64,000 nt of DNA, from the NCBI GenBank assembly GCA_964019425.1, contig OZ025784.1:1364001-1428000 (forward strand), written 5' to 3'. Position 1 is the first letter of the stretch. Each line of letters starts with the position of its first letter. Below are positions 34,546 through 47,600 of the stretch, piece after piece. Below the pieces are notes generated by a model that saw only the letters and a list, made by a program, of their open reading frames with translations, searched no databases and had not been told where the DNA came from. A program made the position numbers and the translations under genes. This stretch comes from Flectonema sp. DT1601. Its lineage: Eukaryota.

Positions 34546-37500
34546 TCTTTTTTTTTTTTTTTTAAAACTCTCTTGACTGATGTTTTGCTGCATTGTGGAT
34601 TACTTGTTTATTTTTCATCTTAATTTTATGTTCTCTTTTTCAAATTTTCAAATTTTAGAAAAAAAAAAAAAAAAAAAAAAAAAAACCCTCTCTTTTTTTT
34701 CGGCAACAATTCTTCTGGATTTATAGCCTCATTATTATTATAGAAAATATTAAAAAACACACACACAAAAAAATAAAAATTTTTTTTTTAAAAAAAAAAA
34801 GTGGTATTCTTTCAGACATTTCTTTTTTTTTTTTGCTTTTTCTAATGTTGGAGTTGGTCTTCCAACTGCAAAGCAAAATAAACCCGAAACAGAGAGAGAG
34901 GAGAGTCTTTAAAGGAAAAACGACTGCGTTTATATTCAAAAGTTAGAGTTGGTCTTCTAGCACAGATGTAGTCTAAGGAAAATCCTTTAGTCTGAGGGAT
35001 GCTCTGTGAGTCCCTTTTCAGACAATTTTTTCCTTCTTTTTCTTTAAATCTTTTTTGTTTTCCCTTTTCTATCTAAGGTGTTATGTTACTTTCCCGAAAC
35101 TTCTTGTACGGTAGTTGTGCCCGAGGTGCAAAAAAAAAAAAAATATGTGCAAAAAGGGCTGTTGCTTGTCAACAAGAGTTAATCACCACCTTCTTATGTG
35201 TTACTTTATTTCTCATTGCAAACTATTTTTTTTTTTTTTTCAAACACGAAGTTATCTTGTGTCTCGTCTACAGACGTGGGACAGCGTGGCTATTTTTATT
35301 TTTATTTTTATTTTTTTTTTTTCATTCTGTCAAAGTAATAAGCCTCTTTGATCAATTCAAGTAGCTGATGGCCAACGGAGAGATCAAACTGAGAGGAAAT
35401 AAGACATCGACGGTTCTCACCATCTCTGATTACCGTCGTTTATAGAAATAGCTTTTTTTTTTTTCCCCTCCTTATAATTACACAGTGAATTGAATTGTGT
35501 ATCGACACAATTAACCTTTTTTTAGTGACGACGCCGATTACTTTTTTTTTTTTGGTGTGTTTTGTGTTGTATGTTTTAATAAACGATTGTCCCTTTGCAG
35601 AGGAAGTGAATCGCGTAAATGGAACGGGGCAGTTTCTGTTCTGAGCCTGTGCGGTGAATATTCTTCCTGATGTTAAGAGATATTCTTTTTTCTTCTGTTT
35701 TGTTAAGGATCTAGCTGTGGTTTTGTTATTTAAGACAACGAAAAAAAAGAAAAAAAAAAAAGAAAGGAATTAACAAGATGTGGATGAAATGCCAACTTGT
35801 TTTGTTTTTTTGTTCAGAAGAACTAGGAAAAAAAAAAAAAAAAAAAAGAAAATTTGCATTTTTCGGCATCGCGCAAGATATTCGCGTTCTCTCCTTCCCA
35901 TTCAAAAACAACAACAACAACAACAACTTAAAAAAAGAAAACAAAAAAAAACAAAATATTTGTTACTGGTTCCACTATTCTGTGCGTACGTCATTGGAGA
36001 ATACGACTAGCGGCAGTGCCGACCAGCTGTAAGTATCTAATAGCAGTCCCTGTCCTGCAAGGTTTACTCATCCCTCCTTTCTTTTTCTTTCTTCTGAGAG
36101 TCAAGAATCTTCGTGGAATAGCAAAAATATGAGACAACAACATCGTCTTTTTTTTGTGTTTTCCTCATTTCTCTCTTGACAATTACTGCCGTTGGTACAT
36201 TGTTTGGGTGTTTTAGTTTCACTTTTCTTTTATAGCCAGTGAAAAATACAGGCTTTGTTTATCCCTGGTTTTGATTTAAAAAAAAAAAAAAATGAAATAA
36301 AATAATCAAAAGCAGGTTACAGATTGTGTCGTTGCTGTGAATTATCCTCCTGGAGCACTCATAATTTTCAGCAACGTTGGATTTTCTTTACTAAATAATT
36401 GAGTGATGTGTTCGTTTGTTTGGATCACACCCATTACCTTATTCTTTACGAGTAGCGTCATTTCTTTCTTTTTTTTCTTTTTTTTTTTTGTTTCACCCCT
36501 TTTCTTTGCACTTACAAACTGGAGAACGAATGCGAGATTTCATTCTTCACACTTTTTTTTTGTTTTTTTTTTTTTTTTTTTTTGTTCTCACCTCATTGCT
36601 CTACTTGTATCTCTGTTTCAAGTAACATAAAGATTGAGGGGAGGGTTTATGTAAGAAATTGATATCAATAATAATAATAATAATAATAAGTGAGGGAAAC
36701 CTTTTATTCTCAACAAGGGAACATGCTGAATGAAACACGATAAAAAGAAATCGTAGTTAGGCCAGCTAACAAAGTTAAAAACCAGAGCAGAATGTTGATG
36801 CGAGTGTTGTGCTGTTTTGTTAGAAATAATAATAGAAAAGGAAAGAAAAACCTCTCTTCGAGCTACTTTCCTTTTGGGGGAACGGGGACCGCCATCCCGT
36901 GGTAGTTATAAAAGCTTCCTCTGATCTGGTTAGTCAGTTTTTTTTTTTTTAAATTTTATTTTAACATTGTTGTATTTTCAAACAGTTTCCTTTTTTTTTA
37001 AATGTTATTATTTTTTTTTTTTTTTTATAAATTCAAAAAATGAAAAGAAAGAAAAAAAAAAAAAAAAGTTGTAGCAGCACATAGAGAGTCCTTTATTATA
37101 ATCAAGCTTACCTCTGCTTTCCCGATACTAATTTTTTCTGTTACTGTGATGAGTTGTTGAAGGTTTTTTTTTTTTTTTTTTTGTGTTTTTTCCTTATCGT
37201 AATCGATAATAGGGAAAGGTCATTAATCGCAAAATGGAAAGTTAGTTCGCTGGTGGAATGTGCAGCGCCGTCCAAGCAAGCTTCTCTACGCTGCTTGGAA
37301 AAACCGGCATCGTATACTCTCTTCGACAATCAAAAAAATTACTTTCGCATCATATCGACTCTCATCCTATCGCCTACCGATTTCATTTTCCAAAGACGAC
37401 GTCGTGTGCGACACCAAAATTGTTATTAAAAAAAGTATTCCTCGTTATTTTCTTTTTTTTCTTCCCCGACGTTTTCAGCTAAAACAGCAGAAAGCCATTT

Positions 37501-37942
37501 CAAACGACGTTTGTAGCCTTTTTTTTTTTTTTTTTGTTTGTTGGAAAAACAACAATACTCGTGCTTGTGATCCAGACTATCTTGTAGAGTTGTGTTCGCT
37601 ATATTGCTTTGGTTACTATTCCTGGAGGTATTAACACACATTAAAAAAAAAAAAAAAAAAAAACTTAAAAAATAAAAATGTTAACAGGTGGGTGATACAA
37701 CACACATCCGAAACAAGAGTAACAGGGGAAAAAAACAAAAAAAACAAATAATATTTTCACATGCTCTTTTTTTTTTTTTTTTTTTTTTTTTGTTGTTGTT
37801 GTTGCAGCTGTGCCCCACGTTACACTCTCCGTGTACGTAGTGGAAGTTTGTTTTTTTTAAAGTATAGTTTCACAGTGAATTTTTTTTTTATATTTAAATT
37901 TTTTTTTTATTTTATCAGCTAAACAGTAAAAAGACATACCAA

Positions 37943-38398
37943 ATGAGTAATTTGAATATCCGATTGTACAACAGCAATGACGAGAATGAAGTCATAAAAT
38001 TATGGTTGAAATCTACTAAAATTGCTCATAACTTTATGACTGAAGAATTCTTACAAAATGAAGAAAAAAATATGAGAAATATGTACCTCCCAAACTGCGA
38101 GACTCACGTCGCTGAATTAAACGATAATCTGGTAGGGTTTATCTCAATGATCTATGGAAGTGATGTGCCTGAAATTGGAGGGTTGTTTGTCTCCGTAGAC
38201 AACCACCGCACTGGTGTTGGCAGTAAGCTGTTAGCTCACATTGTATTAAAAAATCCTACACTTGACGTCGAAGTGTTTCAGGATAATACTAACGGGGTTT
38301 CATTCTACAAAAAAAATGGTTTTTGTCAAACAAAAATATACACCCACGAATCTACTCAACGTGATGTTCTCCGTATGCAAGTCAAACAAGTAGGTTGA
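37943..38398 (+). CDS. GNAT acetyltransferase, bacterial YjaB/YiaC-like
   Basis: W..S...AHNF...YLP..ETHVAE...VGFISM; IGGLFV....RTGVGSKLL (acetyl-CoA motif); N..GVSFYKKNGF. Confidence 0.85.
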   Translation: MSNLNIRLYNSNDENEVIKLWLKSTKIAHNFMTEEFLQNEEKNMRNMYLPNCETHVAELNDNLVGFISMIYGSDVPEIGGLFVSVDNHRTGVGSKLLAHIVLKNPTLDVEVFQDNTNGVSFYKKNGFCQTKIYTHESTQRDVLRMQVKQVG

Positions 38399-38490
38399 TT
38401 TTATGGTGTAAAATAAGATCGGTAGTTTTTTTTAAAATATTATTTTATTTTCTCATCACAGGTGGTGCGACCTCCCCCTCTTCATAAAAT

Positions 38491-39777
38491 ATGAGTCGCA
38501 GAGTTGTTTCAATCCTTCTCTGTGGTGACGTTCCAACACAAAAATTAAAGATCAACTTTCCATCTGATTTGAGTTCTTTAGAAGCGATAGTATCAAGAGA
38601 GTGTAATGTACAATTATTTAAATTAGAAATACTCGACGATGAGTTTGATACTTATGTCATGCTACGAGATGTTAACGATATTAAAGGAGACAGAGTTCAG
38701 TTATACGTTCGATGTGAGCAACAACAACAACAACAACAACAACAATACCAACCACCTTCAAGACAGCATAATACTATCGTTAGCATAAATTGCAATTGCG
38801 GTAGAGGAGAAAAAATTCAATTTCACTGTCAAGAAGATGGTTCATTCGTGTGTGCTCTATGTGCGGTTATGGGAAGTTACCGATCTCGACAACTACAAAC
38901 ACTTTCAGAAGCTGCCGGTACCTTTCTAAATTCAATACCAGAAATGGAAGGAAAGATCGAATCTGAAATAGCACACGTTAATCGATTACTATTACACTTA
39001 TCTGTGTTCGAGTCACGTCGAAACAGTGAAGATCATATTAAAACAATGCATGATACCTGCGATGCTTTAGTAAAAATTATAAACAAAAAACGATCTGAAA
39101 TGGATGAAAGGATGCGACACCTTCAGAGAGAAGACCCGTCTCATATTCAAGCTGAGCGAGCAGTTCTTTCGTCAAAACATGAAGAACTTCGTAGTATTCA
39201 ATCACAATTACATGGAGTCATGTCTGACGCATCAAAAGAAGACCACCTTCGAGTAATATCAACCGTGAGTGATGCTCAAAGTAAACTACCTTTATTCTTA
39301 AATATAGAACCAGCATCTCTACCACATAGAATACCTCAATTCAATGCAGCATTGCAGGCATCTGTACTTAATGAAATCTCACTTACAATGGCTGAGGATA
39401 CTATCTTATACCCTCCTCCTAATACATATCGGTATAAAATAATCGGAGGAGGGTCTTATGCCTTTGACGTATCGACTATGGCGTGTTCGGAGTTTGGTCT
39501 TTATTTTATGCAAAGGATAAGAGTTCGTCGTGAGGGGGGGGTGCATCTGAATGGAACTATTTTGGGAGTATTGTCGTGTGCTTTGTGGTGGGTTTCAGAT
39601 GACAACACTTGCGCATCACCTCTCGTAGATGTTGGTACTCCATTGAACACTAATGATATAATAATAATTGGTCATTCTTCTCCGACTCATTATCCTGAAG
39701 AACTAGAAATAGCAGATCTCACACAACAACTTCACCACCAAGACACGTATCAGACTGGTAGGTATCGCAGACAATAA
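38491..39777 (+). CDS. Protein with ubiquitin/PB1-like N-terminus, degenerate B-box zinc finger and coiled coil
   Basis: ILDDEFDTYVML; CNCGRGEKIQFHCQEDGSFVCALC followed by a heptad region. Confidence 0.7.
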   Translation: MSRRVVSILLCGDVPTQKLKINFPSDLSSLEAIVSRECNVQLFKLEILDDEFDTYVMLRDVNDIKGDRVQLYVRCEQQQQQQQQQYQPPSRQHNTIVSINCNCGRGEKIQFHCQEDGSFVCALCAVMGSYRSRQLQTLSEAAGTFLNSIPEMEGKIESEIAHVNRLLLHLSVFESRRNSEDHIKTMHDTCDALVKIINKKRSEMDERMRHLQREDPSHIQAERAVLSSKHEELRSIQSQLHGVMSDASKEDHLRVISTVSDAQSKLPLFLNIEPASLPHRIPQFNAALQASVLNEISLTMAEDTILYPPPNTYRYKIIGGGSYAFDVSTMACSEFGLYFMQRIRVRREGGVHLNGTILGVLSCALWWVSDDNTCASPLVDVGTPLNTNDIIIIGHSSPTHYPEELEIADLTQQLHHQDTYQTGRYRRQ

Positions 39778-40071
39778 ATCAAAACGTTTTTTTTTTTTTT
39801 TTTTTCGATTCGGTTTTTCTGTTAAAAGGGAACAATTCATTTCAGAGCGGGTTTGTTTTGAATACCCTTTTTTTTTTTTTTCCTTTCTTTCGTTCTGTAA
39901 TGTATTTGACATAGATTTTTTTTTTTTTTAAATTTTTTTTTCTCTTCTTCTTATTCTTCGTTTCTGTAGTTGTATTGTAAATTTTTCTTAAAAAGAATTT
40001 CTATTAATTGATTTAAAAATTGTTTTTTTTTTCCAGTTGGGTGAGTCTGGGGAAAAAAAAAAAAAAAAAAA

Positions 40072-40657
40072 ATGGCATCACAGCACAACCGACCGAGTAG
40101 TTACAAGGCGCTTATTGAGGGAAATCAACAGACATGCACAAGCATAGAACAAGAATTAGCAAAAAAGGTTTTCGGTGATGAACCGAGAGAGAAGAAACCT
40201 CACAACTTACCATCTGAAGAACAGCTTAATGAAGAACTTCGAGTTATGAAAGTAAAAGCAGCTATGAAGAGTAGCATAGCGGGAGCAAGCAGTAAAACCT
40301 TTGAACAATATCGAAAAGACAGAAGAGTTGAGAACAACCGACTCGAGGGAATGTTTCAAAAAGCTGCAAAGGACCTTGAGCAGAAACAGTTTAGAGAAAT
40401 TAAAGAGGTTTGTTGTTATTTTTTATTTTATTTTATATATTCGTAATCAATATTCTAGTTTTAGACCGACTAAAACCAAAAAAAAAAAACAGGTACGCGA
40501 GGAAGTCGAACGAGAGAAAACCAACAGCAGGGCTTCTAAAAGACAGAAGAAGAAGGATAATAAAAAGAAACGTGATGCTGAATACAAAGAATCTCAAAAA
40601 GTTCAAAAAATTGAAACGGAAGACGGATCGATTGAGCGAAATCAGGAGGAGGATTAA
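40072..40657 (+). CDS. PRKRIP1: PRKRIP1 (DUF1168) spliceosome-associated protein; exons 40072-40407, 40493-40657
   Basis: SSIAGASSKTFEQYRKDRRVENNRL resembles GSSAGAGSGEFHVYR..RRRE; EKTNSRASKRQKKK; in-frame GT-AG intron. Confidence 0.75.
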
Positions 40658-40764
40658 TGATATTGAACCACACAGTCTAGCCTTGTGTGAGTTTTATTTT
40701 TTCTGATATTTCTTTTTTTAAAATCAGTTACTTGAATTGTTTTACAGCATACTCAAAAAAAAAA

Positions 40765-41634
40765 ATGGCTCCTTTACGAAGCAAACTAATTCCTCCTTTG
40801 GCGCTGTCGGTATTTCTGATAATGATATTATTTAATATTTCATTGAGTCCTCATGCTGCTTCTCAAGTATCAATTCAGAGTGTGTACGAAGGTGAGGTCT
40901 CGAATGTGATCCCACTTCTTGCGACGGGTAGGTTACATGTTCGAGTTACGTCAAAAACTTCAAAGTATTTATGTGCTCTAATAGGAAGTGCGATTACATC
41001 AAATATTACCGTTAGTGTTGACAGTACTGGTAGTCCTTTAGAAGACTTCTTGTCTCAACTTCCACCCGATGATGTTGTTATATTCCTGTCCACAGCTGAT
41101 GTTTTGTTTAATGCAAACGCTGAACAAATTATAATTGAATTCAAAAGAGAGACCCAACTTCAGGGTTCTGTTCCTCAACTTCTGTGGCCAGTTACAAAAG
41201 GAAGTAACACTTATGAAGTAAATGGAAAATTTGTTGCTCCGTTTGGATGGATAGCAACCGTTAAGGATGCTCGTCAGTTAGCTGACGACTACACAAAAAG
41301 TGGTGAACGTGATTACCGAGAGAGAGTTAGAGCGGAAGCACACGCGTTTGATTATTCAAATAAAATATTTTTAGACATTCCTTTAACTGAAGATTCATTT
41401 TGTGGATGGCCTCACAGCTTAATTAACCCTTTGACACTCTGTCCTTCACGAGTTACACCTTCGGTTCTTCATTTCGGAAACACTCTACATTCGAATAAGA
41501 TATTCTTTCAAACGAGGTGGTGGAATACCATCAACCAAACAGTAATTGATTCGTTAAAAAAAACAACAATTGAAATTGATGGGTCGACTCGTCTCCTAGC
41601 ACAGATTTGTCCAGACGGATACACTGTGGTATGA
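40765..41634 (+). CDS. Type II membrane protein, PLOD-like glycosyltransferase fold (degenerate)
   Basis: N-terminal anchor. FLSQLPPDDVVIFLSTADVLFN...IIIEF and a VLHFGN motif. The acidic DxxD motif appears eroded. Confidence 0.55.
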   Translation: MAPLRSKLIPPLALSVFLIMILFNISLSPHAASQVSIQSVYEGEVSNVIPLLATGRLHVRVTSKTSKYLCALIGSAITSNITVSVDSTGSPLEDFLSQLPPDDVVIFLSTADVLFNANAEQIIIEFKRETQLQGSVPQLLWPVTKGSNTYEVNGKFVAPFGWIATVKDARQLADDYTKSGERDYRERVRAEAHAFDYSNKIFLDIPLTEDSFCGWPHSLINPLTLCPSRVTPSVLHFGNTLHSNKIFFQTRWWNTINQTVIDSLKKTTIEIDGSTRLLAQICPDGYTVV

Positions 41635-43664
41635 TCATTATTTATAGTAATGTGATAGTGAGTAGCAGTTTTAACAAAAAAAAACAAAAAAACAAAAAAA
41701 AAACAGATGCAAGAAGACTAAAAATTATTTTTAGTAATGACCCGGTTTCATTCAAATATTTCTTAAGGCAATCAGAGTAATAAAGCATTTATCTGCTTAT
41801 AGCTGAAAGCAGAATCGCCAAGACGACCGCTTCTTCAAACAAAAACAAAAAAACAAACAGCTGTTTATGATTCCTGAAGGTTAATAATAATATGATCACT
41901 TTGTATCTCTTTTTTTCTCCCCCTAAAATTTAGAATAGGTCAGACTAACATAGTATATCACTGTTAGTTCTTTTAGTTTTGATCGAATCGTTTCGTGCGA
42001 ATGCAAAAAAAAACACCAACGTGGGTTGTAAATGCACGATTCGTTTTTTTTTTAAAATTTCTTTTATGTAGCAATTCTCTGGTTAGTGGCTATGGTGATA
42101 TAACTTGCATACATCTGGGTTTTTTTTTGCTGGACTTTTTTTTACGACTTATTTTTGTTTATATAATTTTTTTTTTTTTTTTTCGTTCACCAATAACAAC
42201 CATCTTCGTTCGGTCTGCTTGATATTGACGCCTTTTTTTTTTTTTTTTGCTTTTTTTTTGTCAGCTGGAATTCTATCTGAGAAAAAAACTGGTAGTCTTT
42301 AGAAGTGTGAGTTGGATACGAGTTGCCTCCTGTCTCAGTTGTTGGATGCTAAATAGGACAGGCATTCTTGTCCTGGCCCTGTCATGCTGTTGAGAGCATT
42401 GTCTCCAGGTGGATCTCCTTGAAAGTTCTACCCTCTGCTATGCCACTCCAATTTTCTTTTGCAAACCCAAATTCAGTTTTTTTATTTTTCCAACAAAAAA
42501 CCAAAGAATAGATTCCTTTCAGAACACAGACTGATGAGGGGATACAAATAGGGAAACAAGTAGGCAATTTTTTTTTTTTTGGTTCTTTTTTTTTTTTTTT
42601 TTTGTATTATTCTTATACTAATTTCGTTTGGGTTCAACTTTATGATTGTTATTCTGTGATAGTCCTCTCTGTCTTGTTGTTCTTGGGGTAATTCTCGGTG
42701 ACTCATTTTTTTATTGTGAAAACTATTCAGATTGAAAAATAGCCAGTTTTATTTCTTGTGGTGATTATATTTTCCCTCGTGCAACAGGGTTCTGTCTGTG
42801 TTTTTTCGAACGAAATATGAGGCTAATCTGAATGGTTTTTTTTTCATCTCGACACCGTATTCTGAGCGAAAAAGACTTGTGGCAGCGTTAATCACCTACT
42901 TAAGGGGCTTGTTTTTCGGTTGTGTAGGATTTGTTTGATTCGTTTTTTTTTTTTTTTTTTTTTTTTTTTGTTGCCTCCCCCCTCTCTCTCGTAATGTTAT
43001 TTTTTTTTGATTTAAAAAAAAAAAAAAAAAACAACGCGTGTATTTTATGATATCGTGATAGAATATCGCTTCAGTCAACTAGTTATGATGAAAAGAGTCA
43101 TTTTACGATGTCTTACAAAGTTGTTTACCAAGACTTAACATATGAGGTCATGTCAAGGTTTGGTACTGTCGCCTACAGCAACCTTGTTACGACTTTTGCT
43201 TGTAGTATTGCTGGGATTCGAAACGCTCTAAGCGGTTGCCCGCAGAGAGCTCTCTCTCTCCCCATCAACGGTCAACGATACCAAACTTTTGACCTTCACC
43301 CATATTGTTTGGTCAAGTTGTCACATAACTACGCGTTGCTGTTTAGTTTTACTTTTTGTTGGAACTGCCTGTGTTATAAAATAGTAAATTTTTCTCATTC
43401 GACTGTTCGATGGATACCACATCTGTTATAGTTTTTTTTTCGTAGTCGTCGTCTTTTGGTGGTCGTTTTGTTTAAAAAAAAAAAAAAAAAAAAAGCTTTC
43501 CCTTACTTCTACTCCTTTTCGTTTGTGATTTTAGAAACCTATAAGCGAGGAAGAGGAAAAAAAAAAAAAAAAAGAAAAAACAAAGCAAAACAATGCATAT
43601 ACCTAAGATGACAATTTTTGTCTTCTTAATTTTTTTCCCTAGTCTCGTTTCCTCGATAAATTGG

Positions 43665-43695
<31 letters not shown>

Positions 43696-43716
43696 CCCCC
43701 CCCCTCTTTTACCTTT

Positions 43717-43810
43717 AGTCACTGTATCTCAGAACTAATGTTAAATTATCGTTATGTTGTTTTTATGATACAATACATTCGTATTTTACGTACAAACTCG
43801 AACAGTTAAA
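43717..43810. mobile_element. Dispersed element, copy 2, with target-site duplication CCCCCCTCTTTT
   Basis: Near-identical to 22226..22316. cccccctctttt occurs on both sides, with an extra accttt at the 5' junction. Confidence 0.8.
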
Positions 43811-44076
43811 CCCCCCTCTTTTTTTTTAATTATTTCCCCTCCTCATTTTAATAATAAAGTAGCTTACTTGATTTAGTAAACTTATTTTGTGTGATGATTC
43901 CGAAGTTTGAAATTATCACTTCAGTTATTCAGCTTAACAAGTCTTTCCTGTTGCATTAAAAAAAAAAAAAAAAAAGAAACAGAAACACTAACATATTCAA
44001 CTTACTGAAAGATTATTTATATATCATTATTCACAATTTTTCTGATTTTTCCCAAATGATGACGGCAAGGTGTTTC

Positions 44077-44117
<41 letters not shown>

Positions 44118-44425
44118 CCGTGAGATTTATTGGGTTCTATACAAAGTATGGTATTCATAAATAATCACTCCTATAGAAGTATGTTGAGAAAGAAAAAAAA
44201 AAGAAGTAAAATGAAGTCGCTTCCCAACTTTGTTTCTCATCAGCTCTTCTGACGCAGAAGTAAGTTGCGATACAAAAGAGAAAGCAACTCATGAGAATTT
44301 TTTTTTTTTTTTTTTTTTAAAATGAAACCTTTATTTTTGCGGTGAGATTTTTATATAGATTTTTATACAAAGTATAGCATTCTATTAAATGGTCACTTCG
44401 GTAGTATAGTTGTGAAGAACAGACC

Positions 44426-44462
<37 letters not shown>

Positions 44463-44614
44463 ATAACATGCGCTCCGCAAACTTGGTAGTTGGGTGTGTT
44501 CTTGATGACGTAGAAAACAAAAAAAAAAAAAATTCAGTTATTTTAGCCAACTGCGCTGATTAGTTTTTAATGTAAAAAGAGTTATTTTACACTTTTGTAG
44601 GTTGGTCATTAAAA

Positions 44615-47600
44615 ATGGAAGTCGCTACCCAATTCGTAGCCATCAAGTCTTCTGAGATGCAGAAATCAGTTGCAATCCAAAGAGAAGCAACAAATTTAAA
44701 AAGAAAAATTGAATTTTTATTAAGAAAAATTGAGATTCTCGAAATGTGTTTGAGAGAATCACAAGAAACTGATAGAGACGATGCGATGGAAAGATTCTTA
44801 ACCCTTCGTGAACGCAGTTGGAATTCTACTACAGATAAAATGATTGAAAAAGGCAACACTACTAAACTACTACTCGAATGTATGAGAGAATCGCAGATAA
44901 GAAGATGGGAAGGTCGGAATCGTCTAACAGCACAGTGCGACAGGTCCTTATCAGAATTACAACAAAGCCATCGTGAAATGCAACGACATCGAAAAATTCA
45001 AAATGAAACTGAACTCTCATCATATATAAACCCGATGACATTCGATTCTGTTTGTTTATCAAACGGAGGAGACGATTCCAACAACAATGAAGCAGACGTT
45101 GCAAGGGTTTACTATAAAATAAAATCACAGCAGTTGAAAGTTGAAAAAAATCATCTTAAAAATGAAGAACTTGATGTTAAAATCTTACAATTCACTTGCA
45201 ATGAAAAGATAAAAAAATACGATGATCGAAGTATAGCGTTCGCACCTATTAACACCCTCTTATGTGAAGAACAACGACTACGAGGATACGGTTTAGAATG
45301 GAGAGCTGACTGGCACTCTAACAAAGGAATCGTTTCCGAGGAAAAAAACAAATGGGATCAACTGTCAACATATGCAACTTGTATAATATATCATGAGCGA
45401 ATCTCATCTCAGTTTATTTGTGATAGGTGGAATGAAATGAATAAAACTTGGCTTTGGAAGAATGAAGAGTTTCGAGGAATTCAAATAAAAGAAATAAAAA
45501 TAATCGAAAGAACAACAAGAAAAGCAATATCAAATATGGAATCATCTTTGCAAACAAGAAAAGATTTCGTTTTGTTAACTCTTTCTGATTGTGGTATTCT
45601 TCACTTGGTGATTGAAGAAAACTACTTTAGATCTGCAAACGTTACTATAAACGAAACTAATGGAAGGCTTCTATCTGAGATATATTTACACCTCGGAATG
45701 TTATTTTATCAACGCAAACTGATTGAGAGTTCTGAAGACATCGTACGAATCGTATCACAAGAACAAGAGAACAGAATGTACGTCATTCAACAATCACATA
45801 TTCACAATGATATTTTTAAAGTTCTTGAATGGGAAGGTTACAGAGCTGTCAAACGTTTGGAATTAGAATTGTCTGAAAAAGATCCACGATCCGTCATTGC
45901 CTCTGATGAACATTTTATAACCGTAACCATTCACGAAGAAGCTTTAATTCGTCTTCGTTATATGCAAGAACGATACTGGTGTATCTCTCAGTCAGAGGAA
46001 GACTTTCACAACATTATTCAGTGGCTTCAGAGAAAGCATTTGTGTTTTACTGAAGAAAGTATCAGAGCTGAGGAGGAATTATTTTTACTATGTGATGGTA
46101 TTTTAGATGTGTTTTCATTTATTCAGTTGGGAATTCAAATTTTATGTTGGCAAGGTGCTCGCATTATTGAAAGACGATCTTTAGAAGTGGAAGAACAATT
46201 TTTTCGATATCAACTCGTAGAGGAATCAGGTCATCGAACATCGATACAGTTTGAAGCTTATCATATAAATGTATGTTTGTTATCTCTTTTAATCTAGTGT
46301 TTGAAGTAGTAGTCTCAAACAAAACAAAACAAAAACAACAACACAGATCATCATCATAAACGAGTATTGGCAATGGAAACAATCTCATGAAAGGAAATCA
46401 TTCGAAGATGTTGAAAATTTTGTTAGAAGTCAACTTCAATCAGAAGTCACTTCATTAAGTATTCTGTTACATGAACATATCAACTGGGGAATAATAAATC
46501 AAAATCATCTTTTACAAAAACATATAATCGAATGTGATGCTTTTATCGATCTCGAGCGTTTCATAAGATCACAAGGATACTCTGAAATAGAATTACAAAA
46601 CACGGTGATGATTGAGTACAATGAATGGTGTCTGTTGTCAATGAAAGAAATCTCATTAAGACACGCTATTGAACGAAGAGAATTAATTTATAAACAAGAA
46701 ATAAAATTCTTAATAGACGTAGAATTTGAATACAGTTTAGCAGTTTGGTTAGATATTCCTTATGTCAGTTTGATGAAGGAGTTGTTTAGGGAATACCATT
46801 GTGGTCTTTGCAGAATTGAATTGATGGCTATATGTGAATTAGAAAATGTCATAAGAATTCAACTTTCAGATGAGCAATTTAGTCAAACGATTATTGTTGT
46901 TGATTGGTTTAACACATGGCAGGTACTTGTGTTGGAGTATTGGAGAAAAAAGAAAGAAATTGAAAAACAGATGACTGAGTTCAAACATGATCAAAGCAGA
47001 ATCATTCAAGAAGAGATCTTACACAGATCCCACAGCAGCGTTATTGAGGATGCTTGCGCTACTTTGACGATGATGAGATTCCAAGAGCAATATCACAGAA
47101 CTGAGCGATCTGCCATCGAGGATGTCGAAAACGTGATTCGTTTTCAACTACAACCAACAGAAGAGGTCATCGTTTTTGAAATCTTGTATCAATGTATTAG
47201 TGAGGTACTTATTTTAATGAGATCGCAGAGACAGGATCTTCATTTCATTGAACGTGCTGGTCTTTCTGATGTCGAAACGTTTATCAGATATCAATTTTCT
47301 GATGAAACAATAAATCGCTACTACGAAATATATTTACCGGCTTTGAATCAATTTACCATAATATGCGATGAGTATTGGACAATAAAAAAACGAATTGAAC
47401 AGGAAATTATTTCAAGAAAAGAAACCATATTCAGACTGTGTGAATCAACAGAGGCATTTACATCATGGATCTGCCTCTGTCAGGAAATATCACTAAAAAG
47501 AGAAGAGGCGTTGTTCATGATTGGAAAACATAAAATAGAAAGAGAAGGTTTGTTTCGTTGTGAACTTATTGACAGAGAAGTATTCCAAGGTCATGTTCAA

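Noticed and set aside
42531..42557. Hammerhead core CTGATGA...GAAA (also CTGAAGA at 627 and 658)
   Set aside because: No stem II closing onto GAAA and no stems I/III could be formed.
34721..44550. Numerous short poly-F/poly-K ORFs in intergenic DNA
   Set aside because: Products of long T/A homopolymers with no coding signal.
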